From: Candidatus Nitrosopelagicus sp.
GTDB lineage: Archaea > Thermoproteota > Nitrososphaeria > Nitrososphaerales > Nitrosopumilaceae
Direction: 5' to 3'
Length of the DNA stretch: 64,000 nucleotides
Assembly (NCBI GenBank): GCA_028345095.1
Contig: JAOMCQ010000004.1
Location: forward strand, 12,407-76,406
Shown here: positions 1 through 9,874 of the stretch, in pieces
Position numbering within the stretch: the stretch's first letter is position 1
Layout: every line of letters begins with the position of its first letter
Program-made: the position numbers and the translations under genes
The notes under the pieces: generated by a model
The model's input: the letters and a program-made list of their open reading frames with translations, nothing else
The model's database searches: none
What the model was told of the DNA's origin: nothing

Positions 1-731
1 CCATGTAATACCTCCATGGTTTTTTCTGCAATTTCTTCTGCTTGTTTTTTTACATTTTCTGAAACTCGTCCTGGTGCGATGGTAGTTCTTAAAATATTAT
101 TTTCATGAATATTTTCAACTACAGGATATGTTGCAATTTCTCCTTTTGTATTTCTTGCTGCGATAACTGAAACTTCTTTTTCAAAGTTTACAAATTTTTC
201 CACCATTAATGATTTTCCTTTAAACAAATCTAATGCATCATCTATTTCTGTTTTTGAATTAATTTTATAATTACCTCTTCCATCATATGCATCTCTTCTG
301 GTTTTCAACAATAACGGGAGTCCCATTTTATCTATTATTTCATTTAATTCGTCTTTATTGTCAATTTTTATAAAATCAGCTACTGCGATATTATTTTTTT
401 TTAAAAATTGCTTTTGTAGTAATTTATCTTGAATGATTTTTAATGTATCTGGAGAGGGATTTATTTCTGTATTTTCTTCTAATTTTTTCAAAACATCGCT
501 ATTACCAGATTCAATTTCATATGTTATGATATCTGACAATTCTGATAATTTCCTTATTGCATCTTCATCTTTAAAATCTGCGATAATTTGTTGAGCTCCA
601 ACTTTTGCTGCGGGGCAATTTTCAGTAGGATCTAAAACTATAATTTTCGATATATTATCCAAATTTTGTGCTGCTTCAGTAAGCATCATCCCTAATTGAC
701 CTCCGCCAATTATTCCTAAAATTTTACTCAT
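1..731 (-). CDS. purK: N5-carboxyaminoimidazole ribonucleotide synthase (runs off window edge)
   Basis: Manual translation from ATG at 731: MSKILGIIGGGQLGMMLTEAA..., ATP-grasp motif KTRRDAYDGRGN; divergent from purE. Confidence 0.93.
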   Translation of the reverse strand, partial: MSKILGIIGGGQLGMMLTEAAQNLDNISKIIVLDPTENCPAAKVGAQQIIADFKDEDAIRKLSELSDIITYEIESGNSDVLKKLEENTEINPSPDTLKIIQDKLLQKQFLKKNNIAVADFIKIDNKDELNEIIDKMGLPLLLKTRRDAYDGRGNYKINSKTEIDDALDLFKGKSLMVEKFVNFEKEVSVIAARNTKGEIATYPVVENIHENNILRTTIAPGRVSENVKKQAEEIAEKTMEVLH

Positions 732-785
732 ATCGTAAATCAAATTTTGTATTACTAATAGTTTAGCGAAAATCTTTGATTAAAA

Positions 786-1391
786 TTGTTTAAAAATAGC
801 AAAAAGCATGAAAAATTATTGGTAACAAAAAAACCACTTGTTGGAATAATCATGGGTTCAAGCTCAGATAGTCGTATTATGCATGGTGCCGCCGAAATAC
901 TAGATTCATTTTCAATCCAACATGAAGATCAAATTATTTCGGCACATAGAACTCCTGAAAGACTAAATGAATATGCCAAACATGCTGAAAAGAGTAAGTT
1001 CAAAGTAATTATTGCTGGGGCAGGTGGCGCTGCACATCTTCCTGGAATGATTGCATCCCATACAACAATTCCTGTTATTGGAGTACCAATAATGGTGTAT
1101 AATGATAAACAAATGAAAAAAACTGATAAAAACAAATACTCTGCATTCGGGGGTCTTGATTCACTTTTATCAATTTCTGAAATGCCTACTGGCTCCCCTG
1201 TTGTGGCTGTTGGTGTGAATAAAGCATCTAATGCCGGAATATATGCATTGAAAATTCTTGGAAATTCATATCCTGAAATTAAAACAAAATTGAAGAAACA
1301 TAAATTTGATCAATATACTTCAGTCCTTAAAGAATCTGAAGAACTAAAAAAATTAGGTTTATCAAAATTTGTGAAAAAAAAGTTTCGTTAA
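786..1391 (+). CDS. purE: N5-CAIR mutase (true start probably slightly downstream)
   Basis: IIMGSSSD, SAHRTPE, AGAGGAAHLPGM, PVIGVP motifs. Confidence 0.96.
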   Translation: MFKNSKKHEKLLVTKKPLVGIIMGSSSDSRIMHGAAEILDSFSIQHEDQIISAHRTPERLNEYAKHAEKSKFKVIIAGAGGAAHLPGMIASHTTIPVIGVPIMVYNDKQMKKTDKNKYSAFGGLDSLLSISEMPTGSPVVAVGVNKASNAGIYALKILGNSYPEIKTKLKKHKFDQYTSVLKESEELKKLGLSKFVKKKFR

Positions 1392-2620
1392 GACATTACT
1401 TGAAATTTGATGTTTTTCTCTTCTAAATGATTGATTAATTCATTTGATTGATTCTGATCTTCGGTTTCTAAACTAATTGTAACTCCTGCAGAACCTGCAC
1501 TGACATCTGTACTTAGTCGGTCATGAATTACTTCTACAATATTCACATTAATTGAAGATATTTCGTCTACTAATTCCTTTAATGCCCCTGGTTTATCTTT
1601 CAAAAGAACTGAGATTTTTAACATTCTTCCCATTCCAGATAATCCTTTAGATACAATTTGCCCTAACAAATACATATCAATATTGCCGCCGCATAAAATT
1701 GGAACTACTATTTTTCCAGATTCAGGTTTATGTTTTAAAATATAAGCAAGTGCAACTGCCCCTGCAGGTTCCACAACAGCTTTAGAACGTTCCATCAAAA
1801 GAAACATCGCATTAATTATATCCCCATCATCGACTGTTACAATTTTATCAATTTTTTCTTGAACTATTTCAAAAGTTAGTTTTCCAGGAGTTTTTACAGA
1901 TATTCCATCTGCAATAGTGGTATTTCCGATAACTGTTTCAAGTGAATTATTTTCTAGAGATTGTTTCATTGCAGGATATGCACTTGATTCAACTCCAATT
2001 ATTTTCACATTTGGATTTTTTTCTTTAACTGCCGTTATGATTCCTGCAACTAGTCCTCCACCTCCAATTGGAACATAAATCTCATCCACATTTGGTAGTT
2101 GTTCCATTATTTCTAAACCAATTACTCCTTGACCTGCAATCACATATGGATCATCAAATGCATGAATAATTGTTGCATTTGTATCAGCAGATATTTTCTG
2201 AGCATGTGCCCATGATTCATCGTATGTAGTGCCTTCCAATACTACTTTTGCCCCATATCCTTTAGTTGCAGATACCTTGGCAGGCGATGCAGTTTTTGGC
2301 ATTACAATTGTACATGGAATATTTTCAATATGTGATGCAAATGCTACGCCTTGAGAATGATTTCCAGCAGAGGCAGCAACAACTCCTTTACTTTTTTCAT
2401 CATCGGTTAAGGATTTAATTTTGTAATATGCACCTCTAATTTTAAATGAACCAGTTTTTTGTTCATATTCATTTTTTAGATAAACATTGGCACCACAAAT
2501 TTTACTAAATGTTTCAGAAAATTCTAAATTTGTTTTCCTGATTACTTCGTTTTGAGTTTGTCTTGCTTTCACCACATCATCATATGTTACTGTCATGGAA
2601 TTGTTACAAATTCTGTACAT
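1388..2620 (-). CDS. ilvA: Threonine ammonia-lyase with C-terminal ACT domain
   Basis: PLP lysine motif TGSFKIRGA, SAGNH, GGGGL; ACT-like LKDKPGAL. Confidence 0.92.
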   Translation of the reverse strand: MYRICNNSMTVTYDDVVKARQTQNEVIRKTNLEFSETFSKICGANVYLKNEYEQKTGSFKIRGAYYKIKSLTDDEKSKGVVAASAGNHSQGVAFASHIENIPCTIVMPKTASPAKVSATKGYGAKVVLEGTTYDESWAHAQKISADTNATIIHAFDDPYVIAGQGVIGLEIMEQLPNVDEIYVPIGGGGLVAGIITAVKEKNPNVKIIGVESSAYPAMKQSLENNSLETVIGNTTIADGISVKTPGKLTFEIVQEKIDKIVTVDDGDIINAMFLLMERSKAVVEPAGAVALAYILKHKPESGKIVVPILCGGNIDMYLLGQIVSKGLSGMGRMLKISVLLKDKPGALKELVDEISSINVNIVEVIHDRLSTDVSAGSAGVTISLETEDQNQSNELINHLEEKNIKFQVMS

Positions 2621-2756
2621 AATTAAATTATATGAAACATGTCATTTTTTAGATTCGTGCCTAAAAATTACATAATTCCTAAATACGTGCGATCAAAATG
2701 TAAAATATTAGTCAAGAGGTACAATTCCCCAAGGCATCATGCCTTTGTACCCTTGA

Positions 2757-3602
2757 TTAAGAATTATTATCTAAAATTATGTCAAGAATTTTTTTAATTC
2801 CTTGTTTAATTTGAGATTTTGTATTTTCATTAATGATTGATGCATCAATTAATCCTTGTTTTGCTCCGTTGTCAATAAATTCTAAATCAATATTACATAA
2901 ACATCCTTCTTCTCCATTAACCAATTTCTGTTCATCAATCATGACGGATGTTGTATGAAATGTTTCTAAAAGTAAATTATCTAATTCTTTAAACAATTGA
3001 TTTTTTTGTTCTTTAATGTCGATTACTTGTGGTTGTGAATTATCAATCATTTTTTTAATTTTTGTGGCTAATTCTTCATCATTATAAAATAATTCAAATA
3101 ATTCTTGTTTTGGCATATCTTTAATTCCTAATTCATTTAATTTTTCTATAATTAATCTATCACTTTCATCTTCATATTTGGATTCAGAATTTCCAGAAGT
3201 ATCTATTAATTCTGCAAGTTTTTTTTGTAATTCAATTACTTTCTGTATTGGTTTATAGTACAACAAAACACGATACTGTAAGGACACATGTAATGATAAA
3301 ATATAGTCTCCTATTTTGAATTCAGATTTTGTGAATATTCGTCTTAAATCATCATCTGCCGAATATGTAACCCCTTGTGAACTCCATTCGGATAATCTAG
3401 AATCAAAATTACCAAAAAATGTTTCTATATTTTTTATATCAAATGTTTTAACTTTTTTGGTAGTGCTATCTCCTAACATTACATCACAATTAACACTTCT
3501 TGTTTCGTGAATAATCTTTTTCAAGAATTCAATTTGAATTTTTTCATTAATTTCATTTAATTCTAAAAGGAATTCATTATTGGCTGGATTTCCAATTCTC
3601 AT
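2757..3602 (-). CDS. Hypothetical protein
   Basis: 281-aa ORF with host-like composition. Confidence 0.75.
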   Translation of the reverse strand: MRIGNPANNEFLLELNEINEKIQIEFLKKIIHETRSVNCDVMLGDSTTKKVKTFDIKNIETFFGNFDSRLSEWSSQGVTYSADDDLRRIFTKSEFKIGDYILSLHVSLQYRVLLYYKPIQKVIELQKKLAELIDTSGNSESKYEDESDRLIIEKLNELGIKDMPKQELFELFYNDEELATKIKKMIDNSQPQVIDIKEQKNQLFKELDNLLLETFHTTSVMIDEQKLVNGEEGCLCNIDLEFIDNGAKQGLIDASIINENTKSQIKQGIKKILDIILDNNS

Positions 3603-3641
3603 ATGCTTTCTTTTAATTACTTCCTTAAATTGTAATCATTT

Positions 3642-4460
3642 ATGGAAACTTATTCAGAAAATGTTTGTAAATTGAAACAAGAATATGTAAAAATATACAA
3701 AGGTAATAGTCACACCACTGAAATTTTACCTAATTATTCACATAAATTTATTCAAATTGATGACAATTATCTTAAGTTATTACATAAATTTCTAGAAGCA
3801 AATCCAATTTATTCGAATCAGATTTATGAGGAAATTTTAGATCATACATATACAATTTTTGAAGGAGACTTGAATAATTTCTGGATAGATAGTATCAAAC
3901 ATGATGCAAGTTATGCTCCATTTTATCCTACGTGGTTGTTATCCGCATGGAGTCTGGCATTTCAAGCAAAAAATCTTGGCTTTGAACAAATTATAGATAT
4001 TGGTTCAGGAGATGGACGAATTGCATATTGCGGGAAAATCTTGGGATTAGATTCAATTTCTATTGAAATTGATGAGAATTTGGTGAATATGCAAGAAGAC
4101 ATGGTTGTAAAGACGGGTATTAATTTTAACCCAATTTGTTCTGACGCGACAATTTATGATTTTAAAAAAATTCCATCAGAAAAATCTATTTTTGTCATAG
4201 GCGGAGTTCCAGAAATTGGAGAAGTTTTGGCAGAATCTGTAATCAAAAATGTATTTGAACTCACACATATTTCAAATTCTGTATTTGTATTAACTGGAAG
4301 TCATTCTCATAGGGAATTTTCTAGAGATACGACACATTTTGGTTGGGGGCCAACAATCAGAAAATTCCATTTAAGCATAATTTCAACAATATCTCTTCCA
4401 ACATATTGGACTATGGATCAAAAATTTGAAACACCGTATATTTTTACAAAAAAAGGATAA
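3642..4460 (+). CDS. Class I SAM-dependent methyltransferase-like protein
   Basis: IIDIGSGDGRI motif I, IEID motif II. Confidence 0.75.
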   Translation: METYSENVCKLKQEYVKIYKGNSHTTEILPNYSHKFIQIDDNYLKLLHKFLEANPIYSNQIYEEILDHTYTIFEGDLNNFWIDSIKHDASYAPFYPTWLLSAWSLAFQAKNLGFEQIIDIGSGDGRIAYCGKILGLDSISIEIDENLVNMQEDMVVKTGINFNPICSDATIYDFKKIPSEKSIFVIGGVPEIGEVLAESVIKNVFELTHISNSVFVLTGSHSHREFSRDTTHFGWGPTIRKFHLSIISTISLPTYWTMDQKFETPYIFTKKG

Positions 4461-4488
4461 AACACAGTAATTTTTTAACAATATCATC

Positions 4489-5301
4489 ATGTCAGATAAA
4501 GAAGACTCAATTTTGCCTGCTAGTGATATAAAACAAGAAGATACTAGTCAAAAAGGAAGTGTTGTCGATATGATGCTGGGGAAAAGTTCTGAAAAAGTCA
4601 TAGATCATGATACTATGATTCAAGAAACTCAAAAACGAATATGGAGTTCACTAAAAAAAGGAATTGAATATGATGCAACTGTTGATAGATCTGATGCATA
4701 TCTTAGAAAACATGTTCATGAAAAACAATCAATGGTTGTTATGTATGTGGATTTAGTGGGGTCTACAGATATTACATTAACACTTCCTGAAGAAAAAGTT
4801 GCGATAATAATCAGTTCCTTTGCACAGGAAATGGCATTTGCAGTTAAACACCATGGGGGATTTGTATTAAAATTTGTTGGCGATGCAGTTATCGGATATT
4901 TTGTACATTCAAGTTCATTGATTGCAGCGGATAATGCAGTAAGCTGTGCAAAATCCATGATAAAAATTATTGAAGAAGGAATTAATCCAATATTAAACCA
5001 ATATGATTATCCGGATTTATTTGTAAAAATTGGAGTAGATTTTGGTACAAATATGATTATCAGATATGGATCTGATGCTGAAAAATCACATGTAGATATT
5101 TTAGGTCCTACAATGAACATTGCAGCAAAAATTCAAGGAAAGGCAAAACCTCAAGAAATTTTGATTGGCGAAGATGTCTATAATAGGATTCACCCTTCAG
5201 TTCAAAAAGAATTTTTAAAAAAAACATGGAACGAAAACGAATGGAAATATCATAGTAGAGATACTGGAGAATTATACCCGGTCTATTATCATTCCAATTA
5301 A
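4489..5301 (+). CDS. Class III adenylate/guanylate cyclase
   Basis: VMYVDLVGST, VLKFVGDAV, KIGVD, GPTMNIAAKIQ. Confidence 0.9.
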   Translation: MSDKEDSILPASDIKQEDTSQKGSVVDMMLGKSSEKVIDHDTMIQETQKRIWSSLKKGIEYDATVDRSDAYLRKHVHEKQSMVVMYVDLVGSTDITLTLPEEKVAIIISSFAQEMAFAVKHHGGFVLKFVGDAVIGYFVHSSSLIAADNAVSCAKSMIKIIEEGINPILNQYDYPDLFVKIGVDFGTNMIIRYGSDAEKSHVDILGPTMNIAAKIQGKAKPQEILIGEDVYNRIHPSVQKEFLKKTWNENEWKYHSRDTGELYPVYYHSN

Positions 5302-5447
5302 ATTGTAAATTTATCTGGACATTCTACATGTTCATAATGGTGTTCTGTGAATTTTTCTTCTATAACATACATCACAATCTTGTGCAATTCAACCTCATTG
5401 ATTATTTTTTCACATTTTAGACATCGTTTTACTTTATTGTGTTGCAT
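5298..5447 (-). CDS. 49-aa putative Zn-binding micro-protein (not in ORF track)
   Basis: Manual translation MQHNKVKRCLKCEKIINEVELHKIVMYVIEEKFTEHHYEHVECPDKFTI; CxxC...HxxC. Confidence 0.65.
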   Translation of the reverse strand: MQHNKVKRCLKCEKIINEVELHKIVMYVIEEKFTEHHYEHVECPDKFTI

Positions 5448-5559
5448 GAATCATTCCAAATTTATGATCGCTATAAGGATCTGCGATCAGAAGAATATGA
5501 CTAAAAATTGACGTTTATTCACAATTTAAGCATCAACACACCATACGAATGCTAAAATA

Positions 5560-5964
5560 TTGTTCAAGAAGCATAAAATCATGGATACAGGAATATTTAA
5601 TCAGAAAAAAACACCTTTCAATCAAATAGATGATTTTGAAGAAAACAACAATTCTGTACGCTATCCTCCTAAGAGTAATCCGCCAACAGGAGTCTCAGGA
5701 ATTCAGAAGATTCATGAGAGATTTAATAAGAAAAATGCATCAATAATTCCAAATCTTGAAGATTTCAATCAAATGTTCCGTCAGTATGCAGAGGGACTAT
5801 TACATACAAATGAATCCATTTTTCCACCTGGACATCCACTATATAATAGAGAAAAATCATTCTCGTTATTAAAAGAAGCAAATGACAAACTACTCAAAGA
5901 AAATCTTGAATTAAAAAAACAACTTGAAAAATCGGAAAAGAAATCATCGCATTCTAATCTTTAA
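5560..5964 (+). CDS. Hypothetical protein with C-terminal coiled coil
   Basis: ORF with heptad-like LKEANDKLLKENLELKKQLE. Confidence 0.65.
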   Translation: MFKKHKIMDTGIFNQKKTPFNQIDDFEENNNSVRYPPKSNPPTGVSGIQKIHERFNKKNASIIPNLEDFNQMFRQYAEGLLHTNESIFPPGHPLYNREKSFSLLKEANDKLLKENLELKKQLEKSEKKSSHSNL

Positions 5965-6130
5965 TAAATTTTTTATATTTTTCTATAATTGTATCTAAAT
6001 CCTCAATTTCATTTTTTGAAATTATCTCTTTTTCTAGTATATTTTTAAGAACTAGTCTTTCAGAGGTCTCAAGATAATTTACCACATCTGAATTAAGTAG
6101 TTGATTGATTTTCTCTTTATTCAATTCCAC
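5954..6130 (-). CDS. Small hypothetical protein (GTG start at 6130)
   Basis: Protein-like C-terminal 58 aa of the 158-aa track ORF; the upstream part overlaps a real + strand gene. Confidence 0.6.
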   Translation of the reverse strand: MELNKEKINQLLNSDVVNYLETSERLVLKNILEKEIISKNEIEDLDTIIEKYKKFIKD

Positions 6131-6179
6131 GAATCTATGTTTGACGTGGTTTATTAATTTAAACAGTTTTACAAAATAT

Positions 6180-6566
6180 ATGAATAATGAGTTATGGTCT
6201 AAATTAATCACAATTAATAGAAAAAAATGTGAGACAATTTTATCATTTTCTAAAGAAATTCGATATGTAGGTGTTTTTAATGAATATGGACGGACAATAG
6301 CTGGAAAGATTAAACCAGGGATTAAACCTATTTTTTCACCAAAAACAGTACGTGACGAGTTTTTTGCAATTGCATCTGTAATGAAATTAAGAGAAAAAAC
6401 TTCCAAATCTTTAGGAGAAGTTAAGTTCATTACAATAAATCATGAAAAAATAATTATTTTATTATTTTATAAAAATGGAATTACATACTACATTACATCT
6501 AGCTCAAAAATAAAATTAACTTCTATTTTGATAAATAAAATCAAGAAATTAATTATTCAGGGGTAA
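6180..6566 (+). CDS. Roadblock/profilin-like thaumarchaeal protein (DUF6659-like)
   Basis: CETIL..IRYVGVFNEYG...G motif, shared with 39459..39860. Confidence 0.7.
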   Translation: MNNELWSKLITINRKKCETILSFSKEIRYVGVFNEYGRTIAGKIKPGIKPIFSPKTVRDEFFAIASVMKLREKTSKSLGEVKFITINHEKIIILLFYKNGITYYITSSSKIKLTSILINKIKKLIIQG

Positions 6567-6972
6567 ATCCTACATAACCTGTAGTCTGTTTGTCTTTACT
6601 ATCTGAAAAATCTGGTTCAAATAATGATATCATATATCCATCCGGATCTAATATCACGGCATTTTTTCCTGCTTGTCTTTCTTGAATGTCTCTGAATACT
6701 TCCACTTTTGCACTGTTTAATTCATCTATTGCAGAGTGTAAATCTCCTACTGTCAATCCGATTAAGATACCATTTTCTTTGGATGATGTTGAGTGAGAAG
6801 TTGTGATTGATGCTGGATGAAGACTCAATACGCCTCCAGATTCTCGTCCTAAATCGACCCAATTGCGTCGTTCATTTTTTATCGGCATTCCTAAAATTTC
6901 ATGGTAAAATTTAATCGAAGCATCTAGATCTTTTACTTCCAATATTATATTCCCAATTCTTTTAATGTTCAT
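6553..6972 (-). CDS. VOC/glyoxalase family protein
   Basis: ILEVKDLDASIKFYHEILG ... ILDPDGYMISL. Confidence 0.9.
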   Translation of the reverse strand: MNIKRIGNIILEVKDLDASIKFYHEILGMPIKNERRNWVDLGRESGGVLSLHPASITTSHSTSSKENGILIGLTVGDLHSAIDELNSAKVEVFRDIQERQAGKNAVILDPDGYMISLFEPDFSDSKDKQTTGYVGFTPE

Positions 6973-7004
6973 AACAAACTAACATCATTATTAGTTATAA
7001 GATT

Positions 7005-7226
7005 TTACGGATTTACCTCTACCATAGTTTCAGTTCTTTCCACTCCGGGAATTTTCTGTATTTGAGTGGTAATATTTTTAATTTCAATCAATTCATCAAC
7101 ATCAATTACTGCTACGGCATCAAATTGACCACTAACGGGAAATGATTCTGTTATTTTATTCACTTTTCTTAATCTTGCAGCAATAAGCTTTTTTGGAGAT
7201 TTGACAAGTATTACTGCCCTTACCAT
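7005..7226 (-). CDS. Stand-alone Lrp/AsnC ligand-binding (RAM) domain protein
   Basis: VSGQFD...IPGVERTET. Confidence 0.85.
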   Translation of the reverse strand: MVRAVILVKSPKKLIAARLRKVNKITESFPVSGQFDAVAVIDVDELIEIKNITTQIQKIPGVERTETMVEVNP

Positions 7227-7459
7227 CCTAAATCAACCTCCACTTCAATCAATGTTTCAGTGTCCACAATTTCTTTTACATTTTTTAAATCGATTACAAC
7301 ATTATTGATTTCATCGATTGAGGAATTCAAAATAACTGCAATGTCGGCTCTCCCAGTTACAACCATTATATCCTTTGAAATTTTTCTTTTTTTCCTTAAA
7401 ATCTGAACAACTTTATCTGCCATACCAGGTTTTATAGTAATCATGCATAATGCTTTCAT
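7220..7459 (-). CDS. Stand-alone Lrp/AsnC ligand-binding (RAM) domain protein
   Basis: VTGRADI...IVDTETLI. Confidence 0.85.
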   Translation of the reverse strand: MKALCMITIKPGMADKVVQILRKKRKISKDIMVVTGRADIAVILNSSIDEINNVVIDLKNVKEIVDTETLIEVEVDLGW

Positions 7460-7494
7460 AATTAGACATGGCGATGTAAGTGATAAGGATTGTT

Positions 7495-7689
7495 CTAATC
7501 TGAACTTGCTTCTTGTGAACGAGCCTCTTCAAGATATGCCCGTCTTTCTTCAATTTCAGTTTCTCGATTTATTTCTAAATCATCATCTACAATTATAATT
7601 CCAGAGTCATCAGGTTCATTAGTTATTTTTTTACGTTTTTTTGGAGACTTTTTTGTTATTTTCTTTTTTGTTTTTTTCTTTTCTACCAA
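7495..7689 (-). CDS. Small protein with basic N-terminus and acidic C-terminus
   Basis: 64-aa ORF with upstream TATA-like element. Confidence 0.65.
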   Translation of the reverse strand: MVEKKKTKKKITKKSPKKRKKITNEPDDSGIIIVDDDLEINRETEIEERRAYLEEARSQEASSD

Positions 7690-7750
7690 GTGATTCGATG
7701 AAAATCAGAATATCATCTTATTAAATATTTCATTATTAATGAAGATAAAA

Positions 7751-7824
7751 TGCCGAGGGGGTGATTTGAACTCCCGACAGCCACGTCTTCAGCGTGGTGC
7801 TCTCCCAGGCTGAGCTACCTCGGC
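7751..7824 (-). tRNA. tRNA-Phe(GAA)
   Basis: Reverse complement GCCGAGGTAGCTCAGCCTGGGAGAGCACCACGCTGAAGACGTGG...GTTCAAATC...CCTCGGCA folds as a cloverleaf with anticodon GAA. Confidence 0.97.
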
Positions 7825-7865
7825 ATGAAAAACTTGCAAATTAAATGAAATTAAAGCGTATCTTT

Positions 7866-8414
7866 TCAGGGTTTCCAAACTATATCTGGTATTTTCTTTC
7901 TATTATTGATTGAACGTGCCAAAATGAACATAAGATCTGAAAGTCTGTTCAGATAGATTGCTGCATCCTTGTTAATTTCTTCATTTTTTGATAATTCTAC
8001 CACATGAGTTTCGGCTCTTCGGGAAATTGTTCTGGATAAATGAATTATTGATGCAAGTAATGATCCTCCAGGAAGAATAAAGCTTGTTAATGGGTCTAAT
8101 TCAGGTTCTAATAGATCTATTTTTTGCTCTAAAAATGTAATCATTTCTTTACTAGTTCTAATTTTTTTATCCGACATATTTGGATTCGCAAGATCAGATC
8201 CAACGATGAATAAATCATTTTGAAGTTTAATCAAGATATCTTTAATCTCATGATCTAATTCTAAAGATAACGCAATTCCTAATGAAGAATTTAATTCATC
8301 GATAGCGCCATATGACCTTATTCGTTCATCGGATTTCCATACTCTAGAATTATCAAATAAAGATGTCTTACCCTCATCTCCTGTTTTTGTATAAATCTTC
8401 ATAAAATTTTGCAT
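7866..8414 (-). CDS. pduO: ATP:cob(I)alamin adenosyltransferase, PduO type
   Basis: IYTKTGDEG, YGAIDELNS, FILPGG, RRAE, YLNRLSD. Confidence 0.94.
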   Translation of the reverse strand: MQNFMKIYTKTGDEGKTSLFDNSRVWKSDERIRSYGAIDELNSSLGIALSLELDHEIKDILIKLQNDLFIVGSDLANPNMSDKKIRTSKEMITFLEQKIDLLEPELDPLTSFILPGGSLLASIIHLSRTISRRAETHVVELSKNEEINKDAAIYLNRLSDLMFILARSINNRKKIPDIVWKP

Positions 8415-8451
8415 TGATCATTTCTTTTAAGGGTACTGTTAAATTTACATC

Positions 8452-9054
8452 GTGCTAACAATGATAGATATGAATATGATAAATGAAGCAAATGAGTTAT
8501 TTCTTAAGAAGAAATTTGAAGAAGCTATAGAAAAATATGATATCATATTACAAAATGAACCTGGTAATGTAGTAGCTCTAAATAACAAAGGATACTCTTT
8601 TAGTAAATTAAGAAATTATTCAAAATCTCTTATCTGCTATGATGAATGTTTGGAAAAAAATCCAAAAGATAAAACTGTATTATTGAATAAAATTTCATTA
8701 TTTAGAAAAGTAGGTGAATTTGATAAAGCATTATCAATATGTGAAAAGCTTTTAAAAAATAATCCTGATGATATGATAGTCTTATACCATAAATTACGTA
8801 TTTTAAAAAAATTATGTAAATTTCAAGAGTCAAATCTAATTTGTAAAAAATTATTGGATGTTTATCCGGATAATGGAGATATTTTGTATGATATGTCGGC
8901 AAATTTTTTAAAAATGAACGATATTGAAAAATTTTTGTCAACCCTCCAAAAAGCTATCAATGCAATTCCAAATTTAAAAAATAAATCAAAAAATAATAAG
9001 GAATTTGTACAGTTCCATAATGATAACCGATTTCTAAAAATTGTTTTAGAATAA
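8452..9054 (+). CDS. Tetratricopeptide repeat protein
   Basis: Repeated TPR pattern (ALNNKG...A...YD...L...P). Confidence 0.88.
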   Translation: MLTMIDMNMINEANELFLKKKFEEAIEKYDIILQNEPGNVVALNNKGYSFSKLRNYSKSLICYDECLEKNPKDKTVLLNKISLFRKVGEFDKALSICEKLLKNNPDDMIVLYHKLRILKKLCKFQESNLICKKLLDVYPDNGDILYDMSANFLKMNDIEKFLSTLQKAINAIPNLKNKSKNNKEFVQFHNDNRFLKIVLE

Positions 9055-9088
9055 AGACGCTTATTAAAAAGAGACAAAATAAAAAAAT

Positions 9089-9613
9089 ATGATTTCCAAT
9101 TTCTTTTTTCAGATTGCAGGATTAAAAAAATTGCCACGATCAGGGTGGAAAATTAAAGTAGGATTAAATAATTCTGAATCCGTTGCAGAGCATTCTTACA
9201 TGATGTCTGTGATGGCCATGGTATTTTCAGATATGAAATCCCTTAATTCTGAAAAAATAATTAAAATGTCGATTTTACATGATTGGGCAGAATCCAAAAT
9301 AGGAGATTTTATGCCAGATGAAATCGGATATGATAAAAAATCAGAATTGGAAAATTATGCAATGATTGAAATTCTTGAATTACTTCCGGAAAAAATACAA
9401 TCTAACTATCAAGACCTATGGAATGAGTTTTTAGCTAGAGATACACAAGAATCTAGATTAGTTCATGAATTAGATAAATTAGAAATGGCATTACAAGCAA
9501 AAATTTATGAAAAAGATGTAGATCCTGAAAAAGTTAAACCGTTCATTATTTCTGCAGTGGAACAAATAATTGATCCAGATGTAAAGAAGACTCTAATTGA
9601 TATACTAAAATAG
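9089..9613 (+). CDS. HD-domain hydrolase (YfbR/HDDC2-like)
   Basis: LPRSGW, ESVAEHS, HDWAE, DKLE. Confidence 0.9.
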   Translation: MISNFFFQIAGLKKLPRSGWKIKVGLNNSESVAEHSYMMSVMAMVFSDMKSLNSEKIIKMSILHDWAESKIGDFMPDEIGYDKKSELENYAMIEILELLPEKIQSNYQDLWNEFLARDTQESRLVHELDKLEMALQAKIYEKDVDPEKVKPFIISAVEQIIDPDVKKTLIDILK

Positions 9614-9640
9614 TAAATTTACTTTTCAAGTATCGTAATT

Positions 9641-9874
9641 ATGTCTGAAAATAATGATGAATTAATTAAAGCACAAAATGAATTAATTGGAATTCTATTT
9701 GAAATAATTAAACGGCTACAATCTAATAATGACTTGGATGCAGAATATTTTCAAATTATCAGCAAAGACTCAAGATCTGAAACTGAAAAATTCAGATTGG
9801 ATAAAATAACCAAAGAACGAAAAGATAATGCAAAAATTGTTTCAAGATTATTAAAACAGATTGAATCTAATTAA
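9641..9874 (+). CDS. Hypothetical helical protein
   Basis: 77-aa ORF following the HD hydrolase. Confidence 0.7.
   Translation: MSENNDELIKAQNELIGILFEIIKRLQSNNDLDAEYFQIISKDSRSETEKFRLDKITKERKDNAKIVSRLLKQIESN

Noticed and set aside
6131-6430. Long version of the minus-strand 158-aa ORF
   Set aside because: It overlaps the roadblock-like + strand gene in antisense; only the last 58 codons look real
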